Assembly (NCBI GenBank): GCA_033723415.1
Contig: JAWVXD010000003.1
Location: forward strand, 160,001 to 224,000
From: Sulfurospirillaceae bacterium
Lineage (GTDB): Bacteria; Campylobacterota; Campylobacteria; Campylobacterales; Sulfurospirillaceae
Reading direction: 5' to 3'
Length of the DNA stretch: 64,000 bases
Shown here: in pieces, positions 21,925 through 33,585 of the stretch
Numbering within the stretch: the first letter of the stretch is position 1
Layout of the letters: every line of letters starts with the position of its first letter
Notes under the pieces: generated by a model
What the model saw: the letters and a program-made list of their open reading frames with translations, nothing else
Databases searched by the model: none
What the model was told of the DNA's origin: nothing
Translations under genes and position numbers: made by a program

Positions 21925-23880
21925 ATGAGAAGAGAATCTCTCAATAAATTTATATTTATATATGCAATTTTGATATCAATTTTTCATTTTTATGAAAATA
22001 TCTGGGGTGGGATGAGTAATCTTTGGTTTAATGCAGCGCATTTTTCTCTCCTAGCTTCTCTTGGCTTTTTGACATATAGAGCCTCAAAACACTCAAACAA
22101 AGAAATCGTTCCAATTTATGATCTATTGTTAGCAGTTCTTACATCTAGTGTTGTTGTATACATGATGTTACATGAGCAAAGTCTTTATACTGTTGCACAC
22201 AGCAATATGAGACCGTTTGACCTGATTTATGCAGCACTTACGATCCTTTTGGCTATTGAGATACTCAGAAGAACGACAGGTTACATCATCCCTGTCATGA
22301 TCCTAATCGCGATAGGATATATCCTCTATTTTGGTAAATTTCTAACAGGTGTTTTTGCTTTTGAAGGTATGACTATAGAGAGGTTCTTGTATAGAATGTA
22401 CTATACCGGTGAGGGACCTTTTGGTTCTATTGCTACTATCTCTGCTACATATGTCTTCATGTTTATACTTTTTTCTGCCTTCTTAATGAAAAGTGGAGCA
22501 GGAGATTTTATCGTGGATCTTGCATCGGTTGCCACATCAAGATTTAAAGGAGGCGCTGGTCATGTAGCGCTTTTTAGCTCAGCACTTATGGGAACCATAT
22601 CTGGAAGTGCAGTTGCAAATGTCGTCTCAACCGGTTCTATCACGATACCGATGATGAAAAAGTCAGGTTTCAAACCGATGTTCGCAGCCTCTGTTGAGAC
22701 GAGTGCGAGTACAGGTGGACAGATCATGCCTCCTATCATGGGAGCCGGAGCTTTTATCATGGCTCAGATGACACAGATAGCATATTCTGCTATAGTAGTA
22801 CTTTCTATTTTACCGGCGCTTCTTTACTTTATATCTATCTCTTTTTATATTCATATTCATGCTAAAAAATATAATATTGAGTCAGAAAGTATCGCCAAAA
22901 AAGCTTGGCCGATCATTCGTGAGGGATTTCACTTCCTTATACCTATCAGTATCTTAGTCGGGCTTTTAATTGCCGGATATACACCTACATATGCAGCAGG
23001 TATATCTATGATCGCTATCATTGCTTCATCATATTTGACAAAGACGAAGAGAATGACTCTTGGACTTATATTTGAAGCTATGGCTGATGGTTCAAAAAAT
23101 ATGGTTGTAACTGGTACTTTATTGGTAAGTATCGGTATCATCGTAGGGGTTGTCAATATAACTGGTATTGGTATAATCCTTTCTCAGTTAATTATGGCAT
23201 GGTCACATCATAATCTTTTTATAGCTCTTATTCTTGTTTCAATAGCAGCTATAATCTTAGGCATGGGCCTACCGACTACTGCATCATATGTTGTTTTGGT
23301 TGTATTATCAGCACCTGCACTTGTCGGTTTGATGCTGGATCCTGCAACTGCGGCATTGGTAAGTGCCGGGATCAACGTGCCTCAAGCCACAATGTTCTTG
23401 CTTGCAGCTCACCTGATGATATTTTGGCTGGCTCAAGTCTCAAACTTGACACCGCCTGTTTGTTTGGCAGCATTTGCAGGAGCTGCGATTGCAGATACTC
23501 CTCCTATGCAAACAGGTTTTAAGGCGTTATCTACCGCAAAAGCATTTTATATCATGCCTCTTTTATTTGCTTTCAGTCCTCTTATCACAGGAACTTGGCC
23601 GGAGAGATTTGAGGTTTTTATCTTTGCAGTACCTGGATTTTTAGGAGTTGCGGCAGTTTCTGAAGGCTTTTGGGATATGAAGATGACGATTTTTGAACGC
23701 TTGATATTTGCAGCAGCTACATTTTTCCTACTTTTTCAAGATCAAGTCTTTCATTGGACAAGCTATTTTGATTTAGTACAAGATACAAATATTATAGGCG
23801 TGATTTTGATGGTCATTGGATTTGTGTTACATAAAACAAGATATAAAAAGAGTTTGAAAACTGATACAGTTGCAAATTGA
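21925..23880 (+). CDS. TRAP transporter fused 4TM/12TM permease
   Basis: ISGSAVANV, STGGQIMPPIMGAGAF, GMGLPT, TPPV motifs. Confidence 0.93.
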   Translation: MRRESLNKFIFIYAILISIFHFYENIWGGMSNLWFNAAHFSLLASLGFLTYRASKHSNKEIVPIYDLLLAVLTSSVVVYMMLHEQSLYTVAHSNMRPFDLIYAALTILLAIEILRRTTGYIIPVMILIAIGYILYFGKFLTGVFAFEGMTIERFLYRMYYTGEGPFGSIATISATYVFMFILFSAFLMKSGAGDFIVDLASVATSRFKGGAGHVALFSSALMGTISGSAVANVVSTGSITIPMMKKSGFKPMFAASVETSASTGGQIMPPIMGAGAFIMAQMTQIAYSAIVVLSILPALLYFISISFYIHIHAKKYNIESESIAKKAWPIIREGFHFLIPISILVGLLIAGYTPTYAAGISMIAIIASSYLTKTKRMTLGLIFEAMADGSKNMVVTGTLLVSIGIIVGVVNITGIGIILSQLIMAWSHHNLFIALILVSIAAIILGMGLPTTASYVVLVVLSAPALVGLMLDPATAALVSAGINVPQATMFLLAAHLMIFWLAQVSNLTPPVCLAAFAGAAIADTPPMQTGFKALSTAKAFYIMPLLFAFSPLITGTWPERFEVFIFAVPGFLGVAAVSEGFWDMKMTIFERLIFAAATFFLLFQDQVFHWTSYFDLVQDTNIIGVILMVIGFVLHKTRYKKSLKTDTVAN

Positions 23881-23903
23881 CAAAAGTCAATATAGGGGAA
23901 AAT

Positions 23904-25097
23904 ATGTATGATTATGTAATCATAGGTGGTGGAATTATAGGATTAAATATAGCAAGGGCACTGAAAATCAAACAAAGCAGTGCCTCTATTGCCATTATTG
24001 AAAAAGAAGAAGATGTAGGTATGCACAGCAGCGGTAGAAATAGCGGTGTTTTGCATGCCGGTTTTTACTATAGTGCTGATTCTCTGAAAGCAAAATTTAC
24101 AAAAGAAGGCAATGCAAGATTGCAACAATTTTGTGAGGAGAGAGGACTTCGTATCAATAAATGTGCCAAAGTCGTTGTTGCTCAAAATGATGATGAGGTC
24201 AAAGGATTGGAAGAGTTAAAAAGAAGAGGGGATATAAATGGGGTTTCTCTTGAATGGATGAGCCTTGATGAGCTAGAAGAAAAATTTCCATTGATCAAAA
24301 CGCATCAGAAAGCTCTTTTTTCACCGACTACGGCAACGATCGATCCAAAAGAAGTCACATTGGAATTTAGAAAATATATCCAAGAACTGGGAGTTGACAT
24401 CCTAACAAATACAGCTTATGTAAAGCGAACAGATAAATATGAGATACAAACAAGTCAAAAAATTTTAAGATTTAGAAAACTCATCAATTGCGCGGGATTG
24501 TACGCCGATAAGATAGCCAAAGACTTTGGCTTCGCTCACAAGTATGTCATAATCCCGTTCAAGGGGATTTATCTCAAAGACAAAAAGAACGTCTGCGGTT
24601 TGACAACCAATGTCTATCCGGTTCCCAATCTCGCCAATCCATTTTTGGGAGTGCATTACACTTATGCAGTCGAAAATGCCAGTAAAATAGGTCCTACTGC
24701 GATACCTGCTTTTTGGAGAGAAAATTATAAAGGATTTGACAATTTCAATATCTTCGAGTTGTTTCAGATATTGTTCTATGAAGCGAAACTTTTCCTTACC
24801 AATGCTTTTGGATTCAGAGAACTTGCCATAAGTGAAGTAAAAAAATACTTCAAATCGCATCTTTTAGGTCTTGCAAAAGGCCTTACAAAACCACTGGATC
24901 TCAGTGGATTCGATACCTGGAGTACACCTGGAATCCGTGCACAATTACTCGATACGACGACGTTAGAATTGGTTCAGGATTTTGTAGTCGAGGGCGATGG
25001 GGTGAGTGTTCATGTACTCAATGCCGTCTCTCCTGCATTTACCTCTTCGATGCCGTTTTCTGAGTGGGTTGTGGATAATTACATAATCAATAAATAA
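23904..25097 (+). CDS. lhgO: L-2-hydroxyglutarate oxidase family FAD oxidoreductase
   Basis: GGGIIG, HSSGRNSGVLHAG, PFLGVH, PGIRAQ, NAVSPAFT. Confidence 0.8.
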   Translation: MYDYVIIGGGIIGLNIARALKIKQSSASIAIIEKEEDVGMHSSGRNSGVLHAGFYYSADSLKAKFTKEGNARLQQFCEERGLRINKCAKVVVAQNDDEVKGLEELKRRGDINGVSLEWMSLDELEEKFPLIKTHQKALFSPTTATIDPKEVTLEFRKYIQELGVDILTNTAYVKRTDKYEIQTSQKILRFRKLINCAGLYADKIAKDFGFAHKYVIIPFKGIYLKDKKNVCGLTTNVYPVPNLANPFLGVHYTYAVENASKIGPTAIPAFWRENYKGFDNFNIFELFQILFYEAKLFLTNAFGFRELAISEVKKYFKSHLLGLAKGLTKPLDLSGFDTWSTPGIRAQLLDTTTLELVQDFVVEGDGVSVHVLNAVSPAFTSSMPFSEWVVDNYIINK

Positions 25098-25115
25098 ATG
25101 TGACGATCCAACAAA

Positions 25116-25144
25116 AGATTCCAGGTTTTTTAGGCCTGGAATCT
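25116..25144. terminator. Hairpin between convergent lhgO and metE
   Basis: AGATTCCAGG / CCTGGAATCT 10-bp stem. Confidence 0.7.
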
Positions 25145-25151
25145 CAATTTT

Positions 25152-27425
25152 TTATAAAGACATCTTAACGATTTTCACGGCTTCCACCATGTTCTCTAAA
25201 CTCTGTTTGACTTCCTTCCAACCTCTGGTCTTCAATCCGCAATCAGGATTGATCCATAACTGCTCTTTTGGTAGTACTTCTAACAGTCGCCTGATTTGTT
25301 TTGCTATCTCTTCGATACTTGGAACTCTAGGAGAGTGGATATCGTAAACTCCGGGGCCTATCTCTTGTTTGTAGCCGACTTTTTTAAAGATCTTTAAGAG
25401 TTCATTGCCGCTTCGTGCGGTTTCTATGGTAATCACATCCGCATCCATCGCTTCTATGGTTTTGATGATGTCATTAAACTCGCTATAGCACATGTGCGTG
25501 TGGATTTGAGTCTCTTTTCGAGCCCTAGAGGCGCAAAGTTTGAAGTTTGCCACTGCCCATTTTTCATATTCTTTTATATGGCTTGCCCTCAGAGGATAAC
25601 CCTCTTTAAAAGCGGCTTCATCGATTTGGATGATCTTGATACCGGCATTTTGCAAGTCGTCCACCTCGTCACTGATCGCGATGGCAATCTCTTGTGCTAC
25701 TTCATGTCGCGGTTTGTCATCTCTCACAAACGACCAGTTGAGAATGGTGATAGGACCGGTTAGCATGCCTTTGACGATCTTCTTTGTTTTGCTTTGTGCA
25801 TAAGTGATCCATTGTACGCTCATGGGTTGCGGTCTGCTGATGTCACCGTATATGAAAGGGGGTTTGACACATCTGCTGCCATAGCTCTGTACCCAGCCGT
25901 TTTGAGTGAAGCCGTAACCTTGCAACTGCTCTCCAAAATACTCGACCATGTCGTTTCGCTCCGGTTCGCCGTGTACCAAAACATCCAAATCTATTTTTTC
26001 TTGAAATGCAATGCACTCATCAATGTAATGTTTTATGTAAGATTCATAACCTTTTTTTGAGATGAGGTGGTTTTTGTACTTGCTTCTGGCTGCTCTTATC
26101 TCTTGGGTTTGAGGAAACGAGCCGATGGTCGTCGTGGTCAAATCTCCATATTTCAAGAGGGCTCTTTGGATTTTGATCCTCTCATGAAAATCTCCATCTC
26201 TTTGAAATTTTTGAAGATTTGCCACTTTTTGTTTGACATTGTCATCATGTATGAGTTTGGATGTTCGTCTGCTTCGATTTGCCTCGGTGTTTTCTCTCAA
26301 AGCATCACTCAAATCACTTTTATTCTTGGGATAATCTTCAAAAAATAGTCTTGAAATCGTAGAAATTTCATCCAATTTTTCAACTGCAAAACTGAGCCAG
26401 TTTTTGATTTCCGGATTCATATTTTCTTCATATCTTAGTGTAAAAGGTACATGTAAAAGTGAACATGAAGAGCCGATGATGAGATGGTCTTGTTGAATAG
26501 TCTGTGTGATCTTTCCTAGTAAATCAAGGGTATTTTGAAAATCATTTTTCCAGATATTTCTCCCATCGATCACGCCTGCTATGAGGTTCTTTCCATTTTT
26601 GGCGATGAGATCGAGTGTTTCTAGATTTTTTGCTCCATGCACAAAATCAAGTCCCAAACCCCAAATTGGAGAATTGACCAAGATTTTGGTAGCCTCGTTT
26701 GAATGCTCAAAGTAGCTTGTCACGATCAGTTTCACGTTGGAGGCAATTTGAGAAAGTTTCTCATAGGTGGGTTTGATGAGGCTGAGAACTTTTGGCTCCA
26801 AATCTTTGACAAAGATCGGCTCATCGATTTGCACGGTTATTTCATCACCCAGGGTGCTAATTTGCGAGATCACCTCTTGGTAGATCGGTAAAATACTTCC
26901 TAAAAATTCATAAGGATCTTTGCCGTCCGTCCTCTTGGATAATCCCAAAAATGTCAATGGACCTATGAGATTGATTTTTGTTGTTATTCCAAGTTCTTTG
27001 GCTTCAATGTATTCGTTTAGGATCTTTGAAGCGTTGGCTTTATAGTGATCTTCCTGTGATAATTCCGGTACGATGTAGTGATAGTTGGTATTGAACCATT
27101 TGGTCATCTCCATTGCCACACGGTTTTCATCGCCTCGTGCCATTGTAAAGTACAATGTCTCCTTTGTGAGGTCTTGAAATCTTTTTGGGATGGCATTTAT
27201 CATGACAATCGTATCTAACATATTGTCATAAAGTGAAAAGTCATTTGAGCTGATATACTCGATATTAGCGTTTTTTTGGTACTCCCAGTGCCTTTTTCTG
27301 AGTTCTTTTGCAACTTTTTCGACTTCATGAAATGGGGCTTTTTTGTCCCAAAAACGCTCCAATACTTTTTTTAATTCTCTTTGTTCTCCAATTCTTGGAA
27401 AACCGATTACATAATTTTTTGACAT
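25152..27425 (-). CDS. metE: Cobalamin-independent methionine synthase
   Basis: MTKWFNTNYHY, HGEPERNDMVEYF, HTHMCY, WINPDCGLKTR. Confidence 0.97.
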   Translation of the reverse strand: MSKNYVIGFPRIGEQRELKKVLERFWDKKAPFHEVEKVAKELRKRHWEYQKNANIEYISSNDFSLYDNMLDTIVMINAIPKRFQDLTKETLYFTMARGDENRVAMEMTKWFNTNYHYIVPELSQEDHYKANASKILNEYIEAKELGITTKINLIGPLTFLGLSKRTDGKDPYEFLGSILPIYQEVISQISTLGDEITVQIDEPIFVKDLEPKVLSLIKPTYEKLSQIASNVKLIVTSYFEHSNEATKILVNSPIWGLGLDFVHGAKNLETLDLIAKNGKNLIAGVIDGRNIWKNDFQNTLDLLGKITQTIQQDHLIIGSSCSLLHVPFTLRYEENMNPEIKNWLSFAVEKLDEISTISRLFFEDYPKNKSDLSDALRENTEANRSRRTSKLIHDDNVKQKVANLQKFQRDGDFHERIKIQRALLKYGDLTTTTIGSFPQTQEIRAARSKYKNHLISKKGYESYIKHYIDECIAFQEKIDLDVLVHGEPERNDMVEYFGEQLQGYGFTQNGWVQSYGSRCVKPPFIYGDISRPQPMSVQWITYAQSKTKKIVKGMLTGPITILNWSFVRDDKPRHEVAQEIAIAISDEVDDLQNAGIKIIQIDEAAFKEGYPLRASHIKEYEKWAVANFKLCASRARKETQIHTHMCYSEFNDIIKTIEAMDADVITIETARSGNELLKIFKKVGYKQEIGPGVYDIHSPRVPSIEEIAKQIRRLLEVLPKEQLWINPDCGLKTRGWKEVKQSLENMVEAVKIVKMSL

Positions 27426-27491
27426 AGTTATTCCTATTTTATTTTTATAATATTGTGCCTGTTGATGGCTGTGAAAAGGGGTTATAAAATA

Positions 27492-27719
27492 TTAATAGGA
27501 AAAAGGAGGATGCACGCCGGTTCGCCTAAAAGCGAAGTAGGTACAGTAGTAAGGACATCTTGGGATAAAGATATTTAAAAGCAATATCAGTCTGATTTTT
27601 AATCTAAAGATACAATTGCAGTGACAAGGTTTGATGTATCTTAGGATGATCCGTGCTAATTTTTGGATATGATGCGAGCTAAAAAATGGAGCAAAAGCGA
27701 TAAAATGTGATAAATTCAA
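27492..27719 (-). CDS. Cys-rich small ORF upstream of metE (candidate leader peptide)
   Basis: TTG start 6 nt after AGGAG; TGATATAAT extended -10 at 27741-27749 on the minus strand; 5 Cys. Confidence 0.5.
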   Translation of the reverse strand: MNLSHFIAFAPFFSSHHIQKLARIILRYIKPCHCNCIFRLKIRLILLLNIFIPRCPYYCTYFAFRRTGVHPPFSY

Positions 27720-27766
27720 CGCATACTCCTTTTTTATGAAATTATATCAAAAAAAGGATTTTTTAG

Positions 27767-27800
27767 AAACCTGCATCCCAAATATAAATGCAGGTTTTTT
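27767..27800 (-). terminator. groEL terminator hairpin
   Basis: AAACCTGCAT / ATGCAGGTTT stem downstream of the groEL stop. Confidence 0.65.
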
Positions 27801-27824
27801 GGATATAGCGTTTGGGTGGATGAT

Positions 27825-29480
<1,656 letters not shown>

Positions 29481-29492
29481 TTAGTTGTTTAT

Positions 29493-29759
29493 TTATAAAA
29501 TACCTAAAATATCGTCTTTGTTCATCACTAAATAATCTTTGCCATCCAAGCTTAGTTCTGTGCCTGCATATTTGGAAAAGATAACCTTGTCACCTACATT
29601 GATAATGCCTTCTTCTTCGATTTCTTTACTTATAGAAATCACCTCTGCGCTTAAAGGTTTTTCTTTTGCATTATCGGGTATAATTATACCTGTTGCAGTT
29701 TTTTTTGGTTCTTCAATTCTTTGAAGAAGAACTCTTTCTCCTAATGGTTTAAAAGTCAT
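29493..29759 (-). CDS. groES: Co-chaperonin GroES
   Basis: [27 protein letters not shown]. Confidence 0.98.
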   Translation of the reverse strand: MTFKPLGERVLLQRIEEPKKTATGIIIPDNAKEKPLSAEVISISKEIEEEGIINVGDKVIFSKYAGTELSLDGKDYLVMNKDDILGIL

Positions 29760-29782
29760 TGTTTATCCTTTTAGCAAATTTT

Positions 29783-29809
29783 TTAGCACTCTATTTATTT
29801 GAGTGACAG
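29783..29809. promoter_or_regulatory. CIRCE element (HrcA operator)
   Basis: TTAGCACTC-N9-GAGTGACAG, near the consensus TTAGCACTC-N9-GAGTGCTAA. Confidence 0.85.
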
Positions 29810-29810
29810 A

Positions 29811-29839
29811 ATTTTACTAAAAATATGCTAAAATGTCAA
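29811..29839 (-). promoter_or_regulatory. Sigma70-type promoter of groESL
   Basis: TTGACA-17 bp-TAAAAT on the minus strand. Confidence 0.8.
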
Positions 29840-29862
29840 GCAATTTTATGAAATAAAACAGT

Positions 29863-29889
29863 ATACTTTAGTCTCATCGGCTAAAGTAT
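29863..29889. promoter_or_regulatory. HAIR-like inverted repeat (candidate HspR operator)
   Basis: CTTTAGT-N7-GCTAAAG inside an ATACTTTAG/CTAAAGTAT inverted repeat; resembles CTTGAGT-N7-ACTCAAG. Confidence 0.65.
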
Positions 29890-29917
29890 TTTAATAAAAT
29901 ATTTATAAGGAAAATGC

Positions 29918-31915
29918 GTGCGAATATTTGTCTCAATACTATTATTTATAACATTTTTAGGCTCTTTAGTATATTTATTACTATTTACAAGTAGTGGAAA
30001 TAATCTCTTAAAACCATATGTAAAAAAAGTTATAGAAAAAAAGATAGATCATAATGTTAGTATTGAGTCTATGACACTTAAACCTGACTTTATAGATTTT
30101 GAGATCGTAGTGGATAAAAACTCTACTCTTGTCTTAAACGGTGAAATAGACATATTTAAACAAAATTTCAACCTTACATATAAAATTGATGCGCTAAATC
30201 TAAAGACTCCTTACGTAACTATCAAAAATCATATGCTTTTAAATGGAAATATCAACGGAGATATGAAAGAATATAGCATAAATGGAAAAGGAATTGCATT
30301 TAACTCAAATATGCAGTTTCTTGTTTCAATCAAGAACAAGAAAGTAAGAAAACTAGAGATCAATGCAAAAAATCTGAAGATAGAAGATGTTTTAGCATTT
30401 TTCAACAAACCAATATATTCTCAAGGGGTTTTTAACATAGAGGCGGATCTAACATCGGTAGATGGTGCAAATTTTGATGGGACTATAAAAAATGTTATCT
30501 ACTTTGGGATACTAAATAACCAAGTGATTGAGAAAAACTTTGGACTTACTCTAGAAGATACCATAAGCTATAAGGGTGTTATCAACTCAAAGATAAAAGA
30601 CGGCATAGTGTATAGTGCCGGAAGTATTTTTTCAAATACTGGACAGATCAAGTTTAAAAAGAGCGAATATGACATAAAAAATAAAAACCTATCTCTTGAT
30701 TATGATCTTCTCCTGCCAAGCTTAGATATTTTTCGCTACACAATAGGTCAACAACTAAATGGCGGTATAGAAGTAGCAGGAAATTTGAATATAAAAGATC
30801 AAAATGTGCTCCTAAAAGCTGAGAGCAAAAAATTTGGTGGAGATATCAACTTATCTGTATTTAACAATACGGCAGAGCTTCATTTCCTGGGACTCAAGAC
30901 ACAGCAAGTATTTGATATGCTGAATACCAAGAGATATGCAAATGCTTTGATGGACGGTGATGTTGAGATTAGTGATCTTACTAATCTAGTGTATAAAGCT
31001 GATATCAGAGTTCATGATGGAAAATTTTTGGCAAAAAACATGAAAGATATCTTTGGTGATGGTTTTCCACAAAATACGAGCTTTTCCCTTCATGTAAATA
31101 GCACTAAAAAAGATGAAAATATCACTAACAATGTTGATTTCTTTTCTAGTTTATTACGTTTAAAAGTACCAAATGTTACGTATGACACAAAGACACAACT
31201 TACTAGTGGAGATTATAACTTATCTATAGACAAGCTTGAGAATATGCAATTTGTAACAAATACCAAACTTAGAGGTCAGTTGGATGTAGATGGCAATTTT
31301 ACAGGGGTAGACAACAATGTAGATATCACAGGCTCTAGTAAATTTTTAGACTCAAATAGTTCTTTTACATATAAAGACGGCAGTCTGGACGTAAAGGTCA
31401 AAAACCTATCTGCTTTGCGTTTAAGTCATGCAGCATTTTTACCTGAGATATTTGACTCAAGTATAGATTCAAATATCTCATATGATATAGCATCAAAAAG
31501 TGGAAGATTCAACGCCTTTGCAAAAGATGGAAGATTTAAGAAAGGCGAATCAAGTGACTTGATTCTTTTACTAAGTGGTTTTGATTTGACAAAACAAGTA
31601 TTTGCAAATACTGACTTAAACGGTACGGTTAAAAATGATGATGTCAATTTTACACTTAATATGGACAGTAATGATAGTTATCTTAAGATACCAAAAGGTT
31701 ATATAAATCTAAACAATAAAGATATAAATTCGACATTTACGTTAAAGATAAAAGATAAAGATCTAAGTGGAGATATAACAGGAGACATACACAAGCCAAA
31801 GGTAAATGTGCAGTCTTCTCATTATATACAAGACAAAATAGAAAAGGCGATAGAGAAAAATGCACCTAAAGAGCTGATCGAGCCGTTTAAAAATATCCTA
31901 AAACTGCTAAATTAA
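29918..31915 (+). CDS. N-terminally anchored beta-rich periplasmic protein (AsmA/TamB-like, uncertain)
   Basis: One N-terminal TM segment then long repetitive beta-strand-like sequence. Confidence 0.6.
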   Translation: MRIFVSILLFITFLGSLVYLLLFTSSGNNLLKPYVKKVIEKKIDHNVSIESMTLKPDFIDFEIVVDKNSTLVLNGEIDIFKQNFNLTYKIDALNLKTPYVTIKNHMLLNGNINGDMKEYSINGKGIAFNSNMQFLVSIKNKKVRKLEINAKNLKIEDVLAFFNKPIYSQGVFNIEADLTSVDGANFDGTIKNVIYFGILNNQVIEKNFGLTLEDTISYKGVINSKIKDGIVYSAGSIFSNTGQIKFKKSEYDIKNKNLSLDYDLLLPSLDIFRYTIGQQLNGGIEVAGNLNIKDQNVLLKAESKKFGGDINLSVFNNTAELHFLGLKTQQVFDMLNTKRYANALMDGDVEISDLTNLVYKADIRVHDGKFLAKNMKDIFGDGFPQNTSFSLHVNSTKKDENITNNVDFFSSLLRLKVPNVTYDTKTQLTSGDYNLSIDKLENMQFVTNTKLRGQLDVDGNFTGVDNNVDITGSSKFLDSNSSFTYKDGSLDVKVKNLSALRLSHAAFLPEIFDSSIDSNISYDIASKSGRFNAFAKDGRFKKGESSDLILLLSGFDLTKQVFANTDLNGTVKNDDVNFTLNMDSNDSYLKIPKGYINLNNKDINSTFTLKIKDKDLSGDITGDIHKPKVNVQSSHYIQDKIEKAIEKNAPKELIEPFKNILKLLN

Positions 31916-31958
31916 CCAATTTGTAAGTTTTCAAGGGATATAATGTCGTCCTTAAAGT

Positions 31959-32035
31959 GTCAAGGTAGCTCAGCTGGTTAGAGCGCTGGTCTCATAAGCC
32001 GGAGGTCGGGAGTTCAAGTCTCCCTCTTGACACCA
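31959..32035 (+). tRNA. tRNA with CAT anticodon (elongator Met; lysidine-Ile2 not excluded)
   Basis: GTCAAGG/TCTTGAC acceptor stem, D arm, CTCATAA anticodon loop, GTTCAA T loop, encoded CCA. Confidence 0.95.
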
Positions 32036-32037
32036 CT
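31990..32037 (+). repeat. attL core (48 bp)
   Basis: TCTCATAAGCC...TTGACACCACT identical to 57520-57567. Confidence 0.95.
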
Positions 32038-32065
32038 CAAACCCCTAAAATACGGACTTCTAAAG

Positions 32066-33331
32066 CTAACTAAAATCAACTTTTTTAAAAGTGTCACCTA
32101 AAGTGTCACCAAAAAGATTAATTTTCCTATCTGCATTGATCGCTTTATTTTCAACATATTTGGCATAATGTTTGATTAACATTTGTAGGTCACTATGCCC
32201 CAGAATGTTGGCGATTTCCTGCATTGTAAAGGCTTTTGACTCAATCGCACTCACTGCAAAGGTATGGCGACAATTTTTGAGATCCCGATACTCGATACCT
32301 AGATCAGAAAGTAGCTTATACCATTTTGTATTGTTTTTTATAGCTTTTCCATTTTTGACGATGAGCCTATCTCCTCTAATATCTTTGATGTCGGCGAGAT
32401 GCGAGCCGTCTAAATTCGAAAACAACCAAAGAGATTTTTTCGAGTAAGCTTGTCTTACAAGTTCTTCAAAATATGGTAGAGTAGCATCAAAAATTGGAAT
32501 TACTCTGTCTCGGTATTTTGTTTTTGTTTCCTTGACTTTACCCTTTGTTATGTTGCGTTGGATACTAATAGTTTGGTTTACAAAATCAATGTCTCTAAGT
32601 TGCAAAGCTAAAATCTCCGCTGGACTCATTCCCTGATTGATGGCAATCCCTAAATAGTAATGAAGTAAATCTCCATATTTTTGTTGGTCTCGGCTTGCAG
32701 ATAAAAGCCGTAAAACTTCATTTTTTTCAAAGGGCTTGATAGCATCGGTATTTCTATCTTTTTTTGCATCAAGTTTTATTTCATATGTGAAGTTTTTTAC
32801 TACTCCATCATCTGCGGCGACTTCAAAAATCCCGTGTAAAATTCTCAAATATTTTAGCTTAGAATTTTTACTGAGATCTGCACCTGTTTGTGAATGAGTT
32901 AGGCTGTTGAGCCAAAGTTTAATATCAAGTTTTGTAATCTTTTTGATATTAACATGTCCAAATTGTAATAAGATACGATTAGCACGATATTCAGCATTCT
33001 GATAATCGTAGTTTTGCTTATAATTGCTAAGAAAAATAGAACAGTAGTATCCAAAATTCTCACTTTTTTTGGCACTAAGTTGCATTTCTTCTTTTTTCCT
33101 TGCGAGCCAAACTGGTAGATATTTTTGCTCCATAAACTTTTGAGTTTTTTCGGTTTTTAGGACTTTTGTACTTTCTTCGATAGTTTTCGATTCTTGATTT
33201 TTAAAGAACACAGTATAACGTATATACCAGAATTTTCGATTTGAGCGATTTAAAATAATCGCCTGCATATCTTCCACATTTATCTCCTTTTGTGAATTTA
33301 AAGGAGATTTAGCAGATACAATTAACGACAT
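32066..33331 (-). CDS. Tyrosine recombinase/integrase (true start probably 33277 or 33268)
   Basis: GMSPAEILAL box I, KETKT, KNCRHTFA, LGH, HY motifs; AAGGAG RBS before GTG 33277. Confidence 0.93.
   Translation of the reverse strand: MSLIVSAKSPLNSQKEINVEDMQAIILNRSNRKFWYIRYTVFFKNQESKTIEESTKVLKTEKTQKFMEQKYLPVWLARKKEEMQLSAKKSENFGYYCSIFLSNYKQNYDYQNAEYRANRILLQFGHVNIKKITKLDIKLWLNSLTHSQTGADLSKNSKLKYLRILHGIFEVAADDGVVKNFTYEIKLDAKKDRNTDAIKPFEKNEVLRLLSASRDQQKYGDLLHYYLGIAINQGMSPAEILALQLRDIDFVNQTISIQRNITKGKVKETKTKYRDRVIPIFDATLPYFEELVRQAYSKKSLWLFSNLDGSHLADIKDIRGDRLIVKNGKAIKNNTKWYKLLSDLGIEYRDLKNCRHTFAVSAIESKAFTMQEIANILGHSDLQMLIKHYAKYVENKAINADRKINLFGDTLGDTFKKVDFS
32087..32109 (+). repeat. Tandem AAAGTGTCAC, candidate integrase arm site (left)
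   Basis: AAAAGTGTCACCTAAAGTGTCAC identical to 57412-57434. Confidence 0.75.
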
Positions 33332-33346
33332 AATGCTACCATTTTT

Positions 33347-33577
33347 TTACTTTCGATTTAGAAGTTCTAGCACTTCGGGTTCAACTTCGTTACCAATAAA
33401 CCAATTTTCGGTCGCTTCAATGTTCCAAATTACAGCTTTTTTAGTTGCTGAACTGCTTGGAGCAGGGAAGTAATGTATGCCTTTAAAAAAATCAATTTCT
33501 TTTCTTTTTCTAAAAAAATCGACAGAGAGATCAAAAACAAGCGGTAAATTTTTCTCTTGTATGTATTTTTTTTCCAT
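33347..33577 (-). CDS. Probable excisionase / small DNA-binding protein
   Basis: 76 aa immediately upstream of the integrase; winged-helix-like GIHYF...VIWN pattern. Confidence 0.6.
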   Translation of the reverse strand: MEKKYIQEKNLPLVFDLSVDFFRKRKEIDFFKGIHYFPAPSSSATKKAVIWNIEATENWFIGNEVEPEVLELLNRK

Positions 33578-33585
33578 TTCTTCTC

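Noticed and set aside
27426..27735. SAM or cobalamin riboswitch upstream of metE
   Set aside because: No consensus elements recognised by eye; an Rfam scan is needed to exclude it fully
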